From positions 64,001-128,000 of the IMG/VR virus record IMGVR_UViG_3300029156_000001: DNA of 64,000 bases. The stretch is one strand, 5' to 3'. Of the stretch, positions 8,883 through 18,231 are shown in pieces. The notes under the pieces were generated by a model. The model saw only the letters and a program-made list of their open reading frames with translations. It made no database searches and was not told the origin of the DNA. The stretch is from a virus. Taxonomy: Duplodnaviria > Heunggongvirae > Uroviricota > Caudoviricetes. Numbering within the stretch: position 1 is the stretch's first letter; each line of letters starts with the position of its first letter. Position numbers and translations under genes: made by a program.

Positions 8883-9911
8883 ATGAATAGATACCAACGT
8901 TATCCGCAAGAGGCAATTGACGCCCTTCGTGCAACGGCAAACCCGGATAGTGATATTCGTGGCCGTGCCCAGAAGGCTTTTGCTGCTGAACTGAACATGC
9001 CGCTGCGTCAAGGTGTGTTTGATCGTGATAACCTGGGTGGGATTTTCGAGAAACAAGTTCTCGCTCCTGGTGCCCAGGCTAACTACCCGCTCGACTTCGT
9101 AAAGCCGGGTGAAGAAGATGAATTCATCGCCTTCACTCTGCCGAAGCAAGGTCGCGTTCCTGAGCGTCACGTTGAAGGCGACGAGTTGTGGGTGCCGACG
9201 TTCCAGATCGGCAACGCAATTGACTGGTCGCTGAAGTACGCGAAGGAAGCACGTTTTGACGTTATCATGCGTGCGATCCGTGTTTACGAAGCTGGTTTCG
9301 TTCGTAAGATCAACTCTGACGGTTGGCGTACCATCCTTGGTGGTGCCGATGGCCGTGGGCTCGTTGTTTCTGCGACCGGTGCTGCTCCGTTCACTGGTTC
9401 GACTCTGACACCTACTCCTGCTGCTGGTCAGTTCACTAAAGAACTCATCAGTCGTATGAAGACCGCGATGACTCGTGGTGCTGGTGGTAACGGCAATGCT
9501 GGTCGTCTTACGGACGTTTATCTGTCGCTTGAGGCGATGGAAGACATCCGTGCGTGGGACGTTGACGAGATTGACGAGTTCACTCGTCGTGAAATCTTCG
9601 TCAGTCGTGAGTATGGGCTTGCCCAGATTTACGGTGTTGTTCTACACGAGATGACTGAATTTGGCGAAGGTCAGGAGTATGAAGAGTTCCTCGAAACTAC
9701 TCTTGGTCGTGCCCACACTGGTTCCCTTACTGAGTATTCGATTGGCCTCGACCTGTCCACTATGGACAGCTTCGTGATGCCGATTCGTGAGGAGCTTCAG
9801 ACCTATGAAGATCCTGCTCTGTATCGTGAGCAGCGTGCCGGTATCTTCGGCTGGATGGAGCACGGCTTTGCCGTTCTTGATCCGCGTCGTGTTCTTATCG
9901 GTGAATTCTAA
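8883..9911 (+). CDS. Major capsid protein
   Basis: 342 aa from ATG8883 after SD AAGGAG (ORF-track start 8742 is over-extended); follows protease/scaffold and decoration genes, precedes a strong terminator; ends QRAGIFGWMEHGFAVLDPRRVLIGEF. Confidence 0.85.
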   Translation: MNRYQRYPQEAIDALRATANPDSDIRGRAQKAFAAELNMPLRQGVFDRDNLGGIFEKQVLAPGAQANYPLDFVKPGEEDEFIAFTLPKQGRVPERHVEGDELWVPTFQIGNAIDWSLKYAKEARFDVIMRAIRVYEAGFVRKINSDGWRTILGGADGRGLVVSATGAAPFTGSTLTPTPAAGQFTKELISRMKTAMTRGAGGNGNAGRLTDVYLSLEAMEDIRAWDVDEIDEFTRREIFVSREYGLAQIYGVVLHEMTEFGEGQEYEEFLETTLGRAHTGSLTEYSIGLDLSTMDSFVMPIREELQTYEDPALYREQRAGIFGWMEHGFAVLDPRRVLIGEF

Positions 9912-9940
9912 GCCGATCTGATCGCATTTGCTAGAACTTA

Positions 9941-9974
9941 AGGGGGCGGCAGGACATTCCTGCCGCCCTCTTTG
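9941..9974 (+). terminator. Rho-independent terminator after the capsid gene
   Basis: Stem GGGCGGCAGGA/TCCTGCCGCCC (9944-9968), 3-nt loop, short T tail. Confidence 0.8.
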
Positions 9975-9976
9975 CT

Positions 9977-9986
9977 TAGTGTATTA
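9977..9986 (+). promoter_or_regulatory. TAGTGTATTA motif, candidate late promoter
   Basis: Exact copy directly after the terminator and before SD GGAGG / ATG10002. Confidence 0.72.
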
Positions 9987-10001
9987 TGTGTTGGAGGCAT
10001 C

Positions 10002-10874
10002 ATGGCTGGAGAAACTAAAGTTCTAACTATCGGGCAGGATTCATCTGCTCTTGATATTTTCCTATCTGCGAACGGTGCTGCCGTGAGCGGACAGTATGTT
10101 GGTTTTGAGTTATTTGATGCAGCAAACGCCTCAGCCGTCAGCGGCGTTTCGTTGAATCCATCGCTCGGCAAATACGTTGGCTCTGGCACCATTCCGGCAG
10201 GGTTCCAATTAGGAACTTGGAGAGTAGACTGGACGATCGTCACTCTCAGCAATACGCTTGTCACGGCCACCGAACCGTTTTGTGTGCAAGATGTAAATGT
10301 TGCTGTGGGCTTTGTGCCCCCCGGTGAGAAATACAGCGACATCTATGAGGCGGTACGTCTTGATATTGGTGACCCCGAAGGTAGTATTTTTGATGATGAC
10401 TTCATGCAGCGTAATTTAAAGAAGGCTGTGCGTCGTCTCAATCATCGTCTTGGATTGTCGCCAACGAATAGACCAAAAGGCATTCCTGGTAACTTTGGTG
10501 GACCCAGAATCAAGGTGTCCCCGATTGTTGCTGATTTGGATGCCGGGACTATCACCCCGAACAATGATGAGATCTGTGATCTTGTCGTTATGCAGATTGA
10601 ACTCATCATTCTTGAAAGTGAAGTGAGTGCGTTAAAACGCTTGGCTGCAACTGCTGCATCTGGTCCGTACGCCTCATTGATTGGCTCTGCTGCTCAAGAC
10701 GGTATTAGTGTCAAGAACGCGGATGGCGTTCAAGTGACAATCTCTCCTAGTCGTCTTACCGTGCGTGCGGACCTTCATAAGTTTGATGTGAAGAATCGTC
10801 GTGAAGAATTGGAAAGAATGATTCGTGCTTTCCTTAATCGTCAAACTGGTAACTATGGAAAGATGATCTATTAA
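10002..10874 (+). CDS. Head-tail adaptor/neck protein
   Basis: 290 aa from ATG10002 (SD GGAGG); helical segment YEAVRLDIGD...LKKAVRRLNHRL is typical of adaptor proteins; position after the capsid gene. Confidence 0.55.
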   Translation: MAGETKVLTIGQDSSALDIFLSANGAAVSGQYVGFELFDAANASAVSGVSLNPSLGKYVGSGTIPAGFQLGTWRVDWTIVTLSNTLVTATEPFCVQDVNVAVGFVPPGEKYSDIYEAVRLDIGDPEGSIFDDDFMQRNLKKAVRRLNHRLGLSPTNRPKGIPGNFGGPRIKVSPIVADLDAGTITPNNDEICDLVVMQIELIILESEVSALKRLAATAASGPYASLIGSAAQDGISVKNADGVQVTISPSRLTVRADLHKFDVKNRREELERMIRAFLNRQTGNYGKMIY

Positions 10875-11599
10875 TGGTAACAGCATTTCCTGTCAAGATC
10901 ACAACTAGTGGTTGCGTATCGCTTGATGATGCGTATCAATGCGGCAATGAGATTAACATCAATGCTCATCCTGCCGATCCAGATATTGCGAACCTTCAAC
11001 AAAGAAGCCAACAAGAAGGTATCGTTCTTAAGCAGACGACTCCCGGTGCGGGCACCTTGGCGGGATACGACTATGTTGCCGCCTTTAAAGATGCCTCTAT
11101 TGTTGCCAGTGGCTTTAGCTTAACTCCAGACGCTCTGGAGTCATTCAGTTTTACTTCTATTGGTCCCGGCGTTATTGCTCTACAGGGTTCGGGTATCCCT
11201 GGACTTCATGCTTCTCGTCTGATTATTCAAACCGGTAGTGGACCCTTCTCCGGTGCTTTCGCTGTGCTTGCTGCTCAGGGCGTCTTTGGAGTTGTTTCTG
11301 CTGGCTCTCTACTATTGCGTCAGAGTGGTGCCGACGGTGTTGTACTACTAGAGAACGCTGGCGACGGTCAAGGTAAGGGTGGCCAAGTCAAAATTAATGC
11401 ATTTGCTGGAAGTGGTCAGCTTCAGTATCGTATGGGGCCTCACGGCCACGAGGCATGGAACTGGAAACCCAGCTATTCGTTATTTGGTGGCCCTAGCAAC
11501 GACGGCTTCTTCCCTATTCCGCACTCTGGCCAGATTGTTAATATGATTGTGGACATTCTGGAGCGTTATGGTTTGGTACCCGTAGATCCAGAATGCTAG
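10874..11599 (+). CDS. Gly/Ser-rich virion protein
   Basis: 241 aa, TAATG coupling, 8 SG dipeptides. Confidence 0.65.
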   Translation: MVTAFPVKITTSGCVSLDDAYQCGNEININAHPADPDIANLQQRSQQEGIVLKQTTPGAGTLAGYDYVAAFKDASIVASGFSLTPDALESFSFTSIGPGVIALQGSGIPGLHASRLIIQTGSGPFSGAFAVLAAQGVFGVVSAGSLLLRQSGADGVVLLENAGDGQGKGGQVKINAFAGSGQLQYRMGPHGHEAWNWKPSYSLFGGPSNDGFFPIPHSGQIVNMIVDILERYGLVPVDPEC

Positions 11600-11937
11600 T
11601 CTATGCCAAAAACCCCCGTGGCATTTTACATATAGCCCACCACAGGATTCACGGTAAGGAAACTGGTCGTGACCCTTGTGACATTCCGTTTGAACTTTAC
11701 AATACATGGAAAGATAGTCTTCAAGACGCAACGTATCGAGAAGAATATCTACGTGTGAAATTTGGACGCCCCTGTCCAGAGGTCGCATTCACATATGGCG
11801 AGGTCCGTTTCTTGCCAGATGACACCTTAAGAACGTTAGCTGAAGTAACTGGTATTGAGGTGTCTGATGACTGGACCCGTAAGGGTCTCATTGATGCAAT
11901 TAAGGTAGCACTAAGAATTGTCTCTCCAGCCGCTTAG
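11593..11937 (+). CDS. Hypothetical protein with C-terminal Rho-N/HeH-like motif
   Basis: 114 aa; ends DDTLRTLAEVTGIEVSDDWTRKGLIDAIK. Confidence 0.55.
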   Translation: MLVYAKNPRGILHIAHHRIHGKETGRDPCDIPFELYNTWKDSLQDATYREEYLRVKFGRPCPEVAFTYGEVRFLPDDTLRTLAEVTGIEVSDDWTRKGLIDAIKVALRIVSPAA

Positions 11938-12493
11938 ACAGACCGAACAGGTCAATATTGACTTCATTTGCCCCTGGACTCAGGAGCGTGGAGGATGTCT
12001 AAGTATTGTTAGTGTTTCTGGTATCGATATTGCCGAGTATGCTCACAACCCTAGTGGTCTATTCCCAATGGGCATTCAGCTTAATGACATCGAGTGGATG
12101 AACTTAGCACGTCAATATCATCGTACCTTCTCTCATCCTGCCGCCACAACCGATGTACCCTGTGGTACGGTCGGCATCTGTACGCAAGGTGACTTCATTA
12201 CGGACTGGATTCATTTGGTCGGCACGGTCATGCCGGGGGATGCAGCTTACGCTGGCCCCAGCGGCACGTTTACAAACTCTGCCACTCAAGGCGGCAACAA
12301 GATCGGCAAATTCATTGGTGTTTTGAAGGCCGACCCTCATACGGTCACCTTCAGGGGACTGGGCTTTAGCAGGCAGTTTGTGGATCCATGTGACAAAAAG
12401 ATCAAGTGGGAAAACAATCCCGTAGATAGCATCCTCATCGCCACTCCGGGATATATCAAAATTCGCGTAGACATCGGTGCGGACCTGAGATAA
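11918..12493 (+). CDS. Second decoration-like protein (paralog of 8405-8872)
   Basis: Co-linear motifs RQTxxxNID, ERGGxLS, GxxLxDxE, VGIxTxGxFxTD, and KIR at the C-terminus; TTG start. Confidence 0.7.
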   Translation: MSLQPLRQTEQVNIDFICPWTQERGGCLSIVSVSGIDIAEYAHNPSGLFPMGIQLNDIEWMNLARQYHRTFSHPAATTDVPCGTVGICTQGDFITDWIHLVGTVMPGDAAYAGPSGTFTNSATQGGNKIGKFIGVLKADPHTVTFRGLGFSRQFVDPCDKKIKWENNPVDSILIATPGYIKIRVDIGADLR

Positions 12494-12494
12494 C

Positions 12495-13031
12495 ATGGTA
12501 CTTCTACCCAACAATCAAGACCTAACTGCATCGAGCGGCATCATCAATATGCCGTTCTTAGAAGATGTCTACCACTCGATCATCGATGAGACCTTTATGG
12601 ATCTAGGTCGCACAGTGGTTCTTCATCTTGATCCTACAATAGAACAAGATGTAGTGACCCAATCGCAACAGGCACCACAACAATACAATCCTTTTTTCAA
12701 GCGGGCACCTGTGCCCAATGTGAATACTCGTAATCCTGGTGTTAAGATTACGCACCGTGATGTCCAGTATGATGCTCATATTCGTGTGGGCCCTGTGACT
12801 GGCGAAGATACTGACGGCATTGGTGATCTCTTAGATAACGAAGCCATGATTACTTTGGTGATTGAAGCACTACCTCACATTCAACAAACATTATCAATTA
12901 GTATCGAAGGTCGTCGCTATCGTATTGATGAGACACGACCTATTGGTTTTACCAAACGACGTTACATCATGTGTAAGTTGAAAGAAATCCAAGAGACTGA
13001 ACCTCCTACTACTGATATTACAGTTGGTTAA
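12495..13031 (+). CDS. Head-closure/head-tail joining-like protein
   Basis: 178 aa; C-terminal IEGRRYRIDETRPIGF beta motif and neck position. Confidence 0.5.
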   Translation: MVLLPNNQDLTASSGIINMPFLEDVYHSIIDETFMDLGRTVVLHLDPTIEQDVVTQSQQAPQQYNPFFKRAPVPNVNTRNPGVKITHRDVQYDAHIRVGPVTGEDTDGIGDLLDNEAMITLVIEALPHIQQTLSISIEGRRYRIDETRPIGFTKRRYIMCKLKEIQETEPPTTDITVG

Positions 13032-13033
13032 CT

Positions 13034-14059
13034 ATGGGACTAGAGTACAAACTTCGATCACAACTGAAGCTTAACTACAAGCTATTCGTGGACATGCATA
13101 TGCTTCGCGAGAGTGCTTTCGTAACCATTGCTTCTGGTGCTCAGTTTTACGACGGTAGATCACTCAGTCTATTGATGGCAGATACAACTGCTGACGATAC
13201 TCTCTTTGGTGTTAGTGATGGTCAAGTGTGGCAGTCGCCGTATCGTCAGTGGGTTTATGAATCTGGCGTACCTCTTGATGGTACAAACGTTTCTACACCG
13301 CCCATTGTAGCGTCCGGAGTTTATATTGAGGGTGCGTTCCGTCTCCCGAACGATCCTGTCTTTGGACACACGATTGATTATCAACAAGGGCGTATTATTT
13401 TCAATTCGCCGCAATCGCTAGAGCTTGAGATTCATGCGGACTTCTCTGCTCGCGATGTGCGTGTTGGCTTTGAACACGATTTCAATCAACAGTTTAATGG
13501 TAGCGTACTTGAAATGCAGTACCTTACCAATCCGCTTACGTCCATGCAATTGGTTTATCCATCTGGTAAACTGCAACCGTTTCCTGCTGTCTTTATCGAA
13601 GTAGATGGTCGTAAACTTGAAGCATACGAACTTGGTAACCGTAGTGCTATGATTACGGACGAAGTGAAGTTTCATGTATGGGCCCTTGATGATTTGACTC
13701 GGGACAATATTGTAGACATTCTAACTAGTCAGTGGCGTAAGTCAGTTCCTATGGTAAATTGGAACGTTGCACCATTACCACTATCAGGCATCTACAACAC
13801 CTTATCTCCTGAATATATCGCTTATCAAGATCTACTACGAAATAACAAGACCGTAACTACTGTTGGTTCTGGTCATCCAGTACAATTTATGTCTTATATC
13901 GAAGACGTAGATACACAAAATCTACCTGCGGCAGAGGAATATGAACGTGCCCTTGTAACCTATCAGGTCAAGGTTTTCTTGAATGCTCCTACCACCCCTC
14001 TGGGTCATGTATTTGGCCCCATCTCAACATTGCCTACTATCCAAGACATTGGGATGTAA
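13034..14059 (+). CDS. Tail terminator/completion-like protein
   Basis: 341 aa directly before the tail tube; FPAVFIEVD and VKFHVWALDDLTRDNIVDIL motifs. Confidence 0.55.
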   Translation: MGLEYKLRSQLKLNYKLFVDMHMLRESAFVTIASGAQFYDGRSLSLLMADTTADDTLFGVSDGQVWQSPYRQWVYESGVPLDGTNVSTPPIVASGVYIEGAFRLPNDPVFGHTIDYQQGRIIFNSPQSLELEIHADFSARDVRVGFEHDFNQQFNGSVLEMQYLTNPLTSMQLVYPSGKLQPFPAVFIEVDGRKLEAYELGNRSAMITDEVKFHVWALDDLTRDNIVDILTSQWRKSVPMVNWNVAPLPLSGIYNTLSPEYIAYQDLLRNNKTVTTVGSGHPVQFMSYIEDVDTQNLPAAEEYERALVTYQVKVFLNAPTTPLGHVFGPISTLPTIQDIGM

Positions 14060-14060
14060 T

Positions 14061-14070
14061 TAGTGTATTA
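14061..14070 (+). promoter_or_regulatory. TAGTGTATTA motif upstream of the tail tube gene
   Basis: Exact copy, 87 nt before ATG14157 (SD GGGAGG). Confidence 0.72.
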
Positions 14071-14156
14071 TTTGAACGACAGCATATTGTCGCGACTTGC
14101 TGTATAACCTAACTTTGCAAAGAATGGTGCCCTGGTTGTAGGGAGGAAAAATAGAC

Positions 14157-15572
14157 ATGGTTAATAATAACAGAGTCTTTTGGGCTATCGAGCAAGTAGC
14201 CATCAAAGACAATGCCGCACCTCCGACGGGGGCGGTCGCTCCGCGTAACTCAAGAGAGTACATCACGGGTACACTTGCTTCTGGTGTTGATGAAGTGGGT
14301 GGCTTGTGGGAAGTTCCGCGTGGCCTCCAAAGCATTGGTATGAGCACGACCTTCAACCTGGAACAAGTTTTCCAGCTTGGTCAGGTTGAGCTTTATGAAT
14401 ACTCGGAACGTCAACCTGATGTTGAGTTTACGCTATCGAAAGTTATCGATGGTAGTAAGCCTCTTTTCTTCATGGTGACTGATCCGACTCAAGCCAATGA
14501 CATTGTTGCTCGTACAAATACATATCGCGTTGATGTCGCCCTTCAGATTTATCCGGACACGCAGTTCCGGGCAACTGGTCGTCCACAGGCTATCGTTACT
14601 GGTTCGGGCATGTATGTCTCGAACTTGTCGTACACCTTCCCGGTTGATGGCTTTGTGAGCGAAGACGTTACCCTGGTTGGTAACGATAAGATCTGGGGCG
14701 TGACGGTCGCGGTGTCTGGTCAAACTGCTGGCCATAACAGTGGTCTTGGTGGCGAACCGCTTGTCATCTGGCCCGATGATCAAAATGGTAATCATCCAGA
14801 CGCTCCGGAAGGTACTCCTTCTGGTGTCTTCGGTCATGACGGTAACACGTCTGCTCTAGAAGAGGGTGGTGCCCAGGAACTTGCGGCCGGTACTGATCGC
14901 TTCGGCGTTCTTATTGTTGGCTCTGGTGTCCAGCGTCGTGAAGAGGTTGATATCCGTCGTTCTGTTCTACCGAACGATATTCCGGGTATCATCACTGTTG
15001 TTTCGTCCGGTATTGATGCGGCCTATGTAAATGGCGGCTTCGGTTCTGAGGGTCCTGGTACTCTACTTAACACAGATCAGCTTATCGCTGATGCTAACAC
15101 TGACTTTATTGCTGAACACCTCCAGACGATTACGGTATCGTTCTCGGTTGCCCGCGAAGACATTTTCGAGCTTGGTTCGAAGCGTCCATTCGTTAAGGTG
15201 CCCGATTTCCCTCTTGAGGCAACGGCCTCCATTGAGGTGATCACGGCCCAGGGTGACTTGGTTGATGCGAGATCTGATCAAGACTGTGGGCCTGACAACA
15301 CTAGTGAGTCCAACACGATCATCCTGCGTACGTGCGATGGTCTTCAGGTTGACCTTGGTGATGCCAACCGTCTAACGAGTGTTGAAGTTGGTGGTGGTGA
15401 AGCTGGTGGTGATAACATGACTATCACTTACAACTACAGTTCCTTCAACGTGTTCAACGTATCACACGACTTCTTCCAGCCGAACCACCGTATCTTGGTG
15501 TTCGAAACTGGTAACAGTCGTTTCAACGTGGGTGCTGTTAGCTTCCTACGTAGTGATCTAGGCATCTTCTAA
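14157..15572 (+). CDS. Major tail tube protein
   Basis: 471 aa beta-rich (GLQSIGMSTTFNLEQVFQLGQ; REDIFELGSKRPF); own promoter motif, strong SD and terminator; located between neck genes and TMP. Confidence 0.75.
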   Translation: MVNNNRVFWAIEQVAIKDNAAPPTGAVAPRNSREYITGTLASGVDEVGGLWEVPRGLQSIGMSTTFNLEQVFQLGQVELYEYSERQPDVEFTLSKVIDGSKPLFFMVTDPTQANDIVARTNTYRVDVALQIYPDTQFRATGRPQAIVTGSGMYVSNLSYTFPVDGFVSEDVTLVGNDKIWGVTVAVSGQTAGHNSGLGGEPLVIWPDDQNGNHPDAPEGTPSGVFGHDGNTSALEEGGAQELAAGTDRFGVLIVGSGVQRREEVDIRRSVLPNDIPGIITVVSSGIDAAYVNGGFGSEGPGTLLNTDQLIADANTDFIAEHLQTITVSFSVAREDIFELGSKRPFVKVPDFPLEATASIEVITAQGDLVDARSDQDCGPDNTSESNTIILRTCDGLQVDLGDANRLTSVEVGGGEAGGDNMTITYNYSSFNVFNVSHDFFQPNHRILVFETGNSRFNVGAVSFLRSDLGIF

Positions 15573-15584
15573 GGTGTCTTTTGG

Positions 15585-15619
15585 GCGGCGGGTGCCGGGG
15601 GGTCACTCGCCGCTATTTT
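15585..15619 (+). terminator. Terminator after the tail tube gene
   Basis: Stem GCGGCGGGTG/CACTCGCCGC (one G-U) followed by TATTTT. Confidence 0.7.
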
Positions 15620-15660
15620 CTTCCCCTCGGGTGCTAGGTACAATTAGGTAATCGTACATC

Positions 15661-15685
15661 AGAGGGGCACCGTAGGTGTCCCTCT
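15661..15685 (+). other. Stem-loop just upstream of ATG15692
   Basis: AGAGGGGCAC-CGTAG-GTGTCCCTCT, 10-bp stem with one G-U. Confidence 0.6.
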
Positions 15686-15691
15686 ATTATT

Positions 15692-16888
15692 ATGTCAGTA
15701 CAAGAGAATATCAATAGATTACTGTGGGATAGGCGACTTGTTTTGCTGCCTCAAGAGATGGAGGCACCAGAAGGTCTTGATTACGTGATCCTCAAGGATC
15801 TAACATTAGACGATCGTAATTACTATCTGTTTGTTCGAGATCTCGAACAACATAAGGCACGCCGCGACGGTGTTTCTACCGAAGGCGAGATCATGCAGCA
15901 GGCCCGACAGTCCGGGTTTTGGACTGAAGACGATGACGACGTTGAAGAACGTGCCGATGATCATATTGCATACCTCGAAGCAGAGTTTAAAGCTCGTGCA
16001 AAATTCAAGTCTCGTCAGAATATCATCAAGCTACAGCTCGAAGACGCCAAGCTTAAAAAAGAATATGTAGCTGGTAAACGCAATACCCTCAAGCAACAGA
16101 CCGCTGAATATCTAGCTCATGAGATCGCCTCTCTAATGCTGCTGCGACGTGTTGCTCTGCGTCCCGACGATACGCCATTGCTGCCCGACGACGCGACCTT
16201 CTTGTCTTTCAAGGAGGAATATATCATGCTCCTGTTTTATCTCATTTACGAGATGATGGGTGAAGGGGCACTAGAGACGCCAGAGATCCGTGAGATTGCT
16301 CGCTCTACAGAGTGGCGTTTGACCTGGGGGCTAGCACGAGAGAACCTCCCGAGTATCTTTAGTCGTAACGTTGGGGACCTCACGATCAATCATAAGATGT
16401 TGATCTATTGGAGTCGTGTTTACGATTCTGCTTTCGAGTCTGCGGAGCCGCCCGAAGAAGAGACCATCAATGACGATGATCTTTTTGATGATTGGCTTGC
16501 TAGCCGTGATTTGGAGCGTCAAGACAAAACCTCTAAAGGCAAGAGTGGTGCAGACGCTCATCAAGAACGAGGACATATGATGGACGGCGAGTATGTCGAA
16601 CAATGTGTCTGTGGGGCTAAGGCCCAAAATATTGGCAAAGGGTTGGGGGAACGTATCCCTCATGCTAACCATTGTCTGTACGGTACGTGGCATGTGTTTA
16701 CCACTCAGGAGAAAGAGGCCAGGGCACGTCATGTGTATGGCCGTAACACAAGTCATGTACGTAAACTTTTGGATGCTGAACATGAGCACGTCTTGAATAG
16801 AGGCTCCGTTGAAGAACAAGATCTTCGGGGTAAAAAGACACGCTCTATGTTAGGTATGCAAACCAATGTGATTCCTATTAGAAGATGA
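15692..16888 (+). CDS. Hypothetical protein, possible tail assembly factor
   Basis: 398 aa helical; CVC...H..C possible Zn site near the C-terminus. Confidence 0.65.
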   Translation: MSVQENINRLLWDRRLVLLPQEMEAPEGLDYVILKDLTLDDRNYYLFVRDLEQHKARRDGVSTEGEIMQQARQSGFWTEDDDDVEERADDHIAYLEAEFKARAKFKSRQNIIKLQLEDAKLKKEYVAGKRNTLKQQTAEYLAHEIASLMLLRRVALRPDDTPLLPDDATFLSFKEEYIMLLFYLIYEMMGEGALETPEIREIARSTEWRLTWGLARENLPSIFSRNVGDLTINHKMLIYWSRVYDSAFESAEPPEEETINDDDLFDDWLASRDLERQDKTSKGKSGADAHQERGHMMDGEYVEQCVCGAKAQNIGKGLGERIPHANHCLYGTWHVFTTQEKEARARHVYGRNTSHVRKLLDAEHEHVLNRGSVEEQDLRGKKTRSMLGMQTNVIPIRR

Positions 16889-17427
16889 AGAACCCCTCAA
16901 GAGATCAATTAGGCAAAAGTTCTGTTCGCAGAACCAAGCACTTAATGATTCGCGTTTTGGAGAAGTTTGAGGATACGTTTCCTGATTTAGATCAGTCTAA
17001 AGAGGGACGTGTTTTCAAGGGAGATCTGCGTAACATTTTCAACGATGCTATGCGGGCACAAAGCGACGAGTTACGCGACTACCACGTTGAATATCGTCCA
17101 TTGCAATTATCGGATGACAATATCTTGGCAATGACTCAAACCTTTATGGGTTCAGTCCAGAAGATTGACTTTGGTATCCGTTTGAATAAACCTTATATTC
17201 GTGTGTTGGCAGGTACAGCACATCGTCAGGTTTTAGAGGCCCTTAGAAGTGAGCTTGATGCTGGAGTTGTTGCCCAAGAGGGTGACGGCCTAGTATTAGA
17301 GATCGTGGGTCTTGAAGATATAATCCGTAGTGTATTACCTATTATGGACCGATACCGTCTGCATGCCGATGTGGCCCCTACTTATGGGGAATGGCGGGAC
17401 GAGGTTGTTAGTATTTACAGGAGCTAG
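16885..17427 (+). CDS. Hypothetical protein
   Basis: 180 aa, ATGA coupling. Confidence 0.7.
   Translation: MKNPSRDQLGKSSVRRTKHLMIRVLEKFEDTFPDLDQSKEGRVFKGDLRNIFNDAMRAQSDELRDYHVEYRPLQLSDDNILAMTQTFMGSVQKIDFGIRLNKPYIRVLAGTAHRQVLEALRSELDAGVVAQEGDGLVLEIVGLEDIIRSVLPIMDRYRLHADVAPTYGEWRDEVVSIYRS
17328..17337 (+). promoter_or_regulatory. TAGTGTATTA motif inside the 3' end of a CDS
   Basis: Exact copy about 95 nt before the next start (17431). Confidence 0.55.
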
Positions 17428-17430
17428 GTG

Positions 17431-18231
17431 ATGGTAGAACGTATTTTTAAAGCGACGGATCGCAATGGTAATGCTTGCGAATTCGAGCTTGTGCCGCCGA
17501 CGGTTGGCATCGAAAACGAAGGCGAACGCCAGTATCGGGTGGCCTACAGTGCGTCCCTCGTTGAGGGCGTATTCCCTAGAGAAAAGCTCCGTGAAATTAT
17601 GCGTGAGCATGGCATGTGGACAGAGGCCGACGAAGCCGACCTGAAGAAAGCCGTAGGGAAAATTGCACTACTTCAGATCGATCTGAAGAACGCCCAAGCT
17701 GAGGGCAATGACGATAGGTGCTCCGAGGTCGCTCACGAGATTGGCGAACATCGCCGTCGTATGTGGGAACTGTTCCTAGTCCAGCAGACAGTTTACATGA
17801 ACTCTGCCGAAGGTGTTGCAGAGATGATTAAGACGGAAACTGTCATGTCTGCCTGTACCGTGGTTAAGGCTACCGGTAAACGCTATTGGGCTGACTATGC
17901 TGAGTACGTGCGGGAACGTGACCTAAATGTTAAGTCCACCGTATACGCTACGGTTGTACAGGTCCAGGCTACCCTTCTAGATGAAGCTCGTAGATCCTTG
18001 CTATCGGAATATCCCGAAGCCACCTATTTGAAGACTCCTCAAGAAGCGATGTTAGATCGTGAAATTGAAGAAGAGGTATTGAACACGTTGCACGGCAGAG
18101 CCGAAGCGGCGATTGAAGCGGATCAAGATAAGAAACCTACCCCCACTCGCAAGAAGACAACGACTCGTAAGAAGAAGGCGAATACTCGTGGTCGCAAAAA
18201 AGTGGAACCTAAGGCTAGTAGCCCCGACTAA
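17431..18231 (+). CDS. Tail assembly chaperone-like protein
   Basis: 266 aa helical with basic C-terminal tail; two genes upstream of TMP. Confidence 0.45.
   Translation: MVERIFKATDRNGNACEFELVPPTVGIENEGERQYRVAYSASLVEGVFPREKLREIMREHGMWTEADEADLKKAVGKIALLQIDLKNAQAEGNDDRCSEVAHEIGEHRRRMWELFLVQQTVYMNSAEGVAEMIKTETVMSACTVVKATGKRYWADYAEYVRERDLNVKSTVYATVVQVQATLLDEARRSLLSEYPEATYLKTPQEAMLDREIEEEVLNTLHGRAEAAIEADQDKKPTPTRKKTTTRKKKANTRGRKKVEPKASSPD

Noticed and set aside
18113-18231. Programmed frameshift between the chaperone-like gene and the next ORF (A6 run at 18196-18201)
   Set aside because: The downstream ORF is in the +1 frame, not -1; the A-AAA-AAG heptamer is phased to the downstream frame; a GTG start at 18188 explains the overlap
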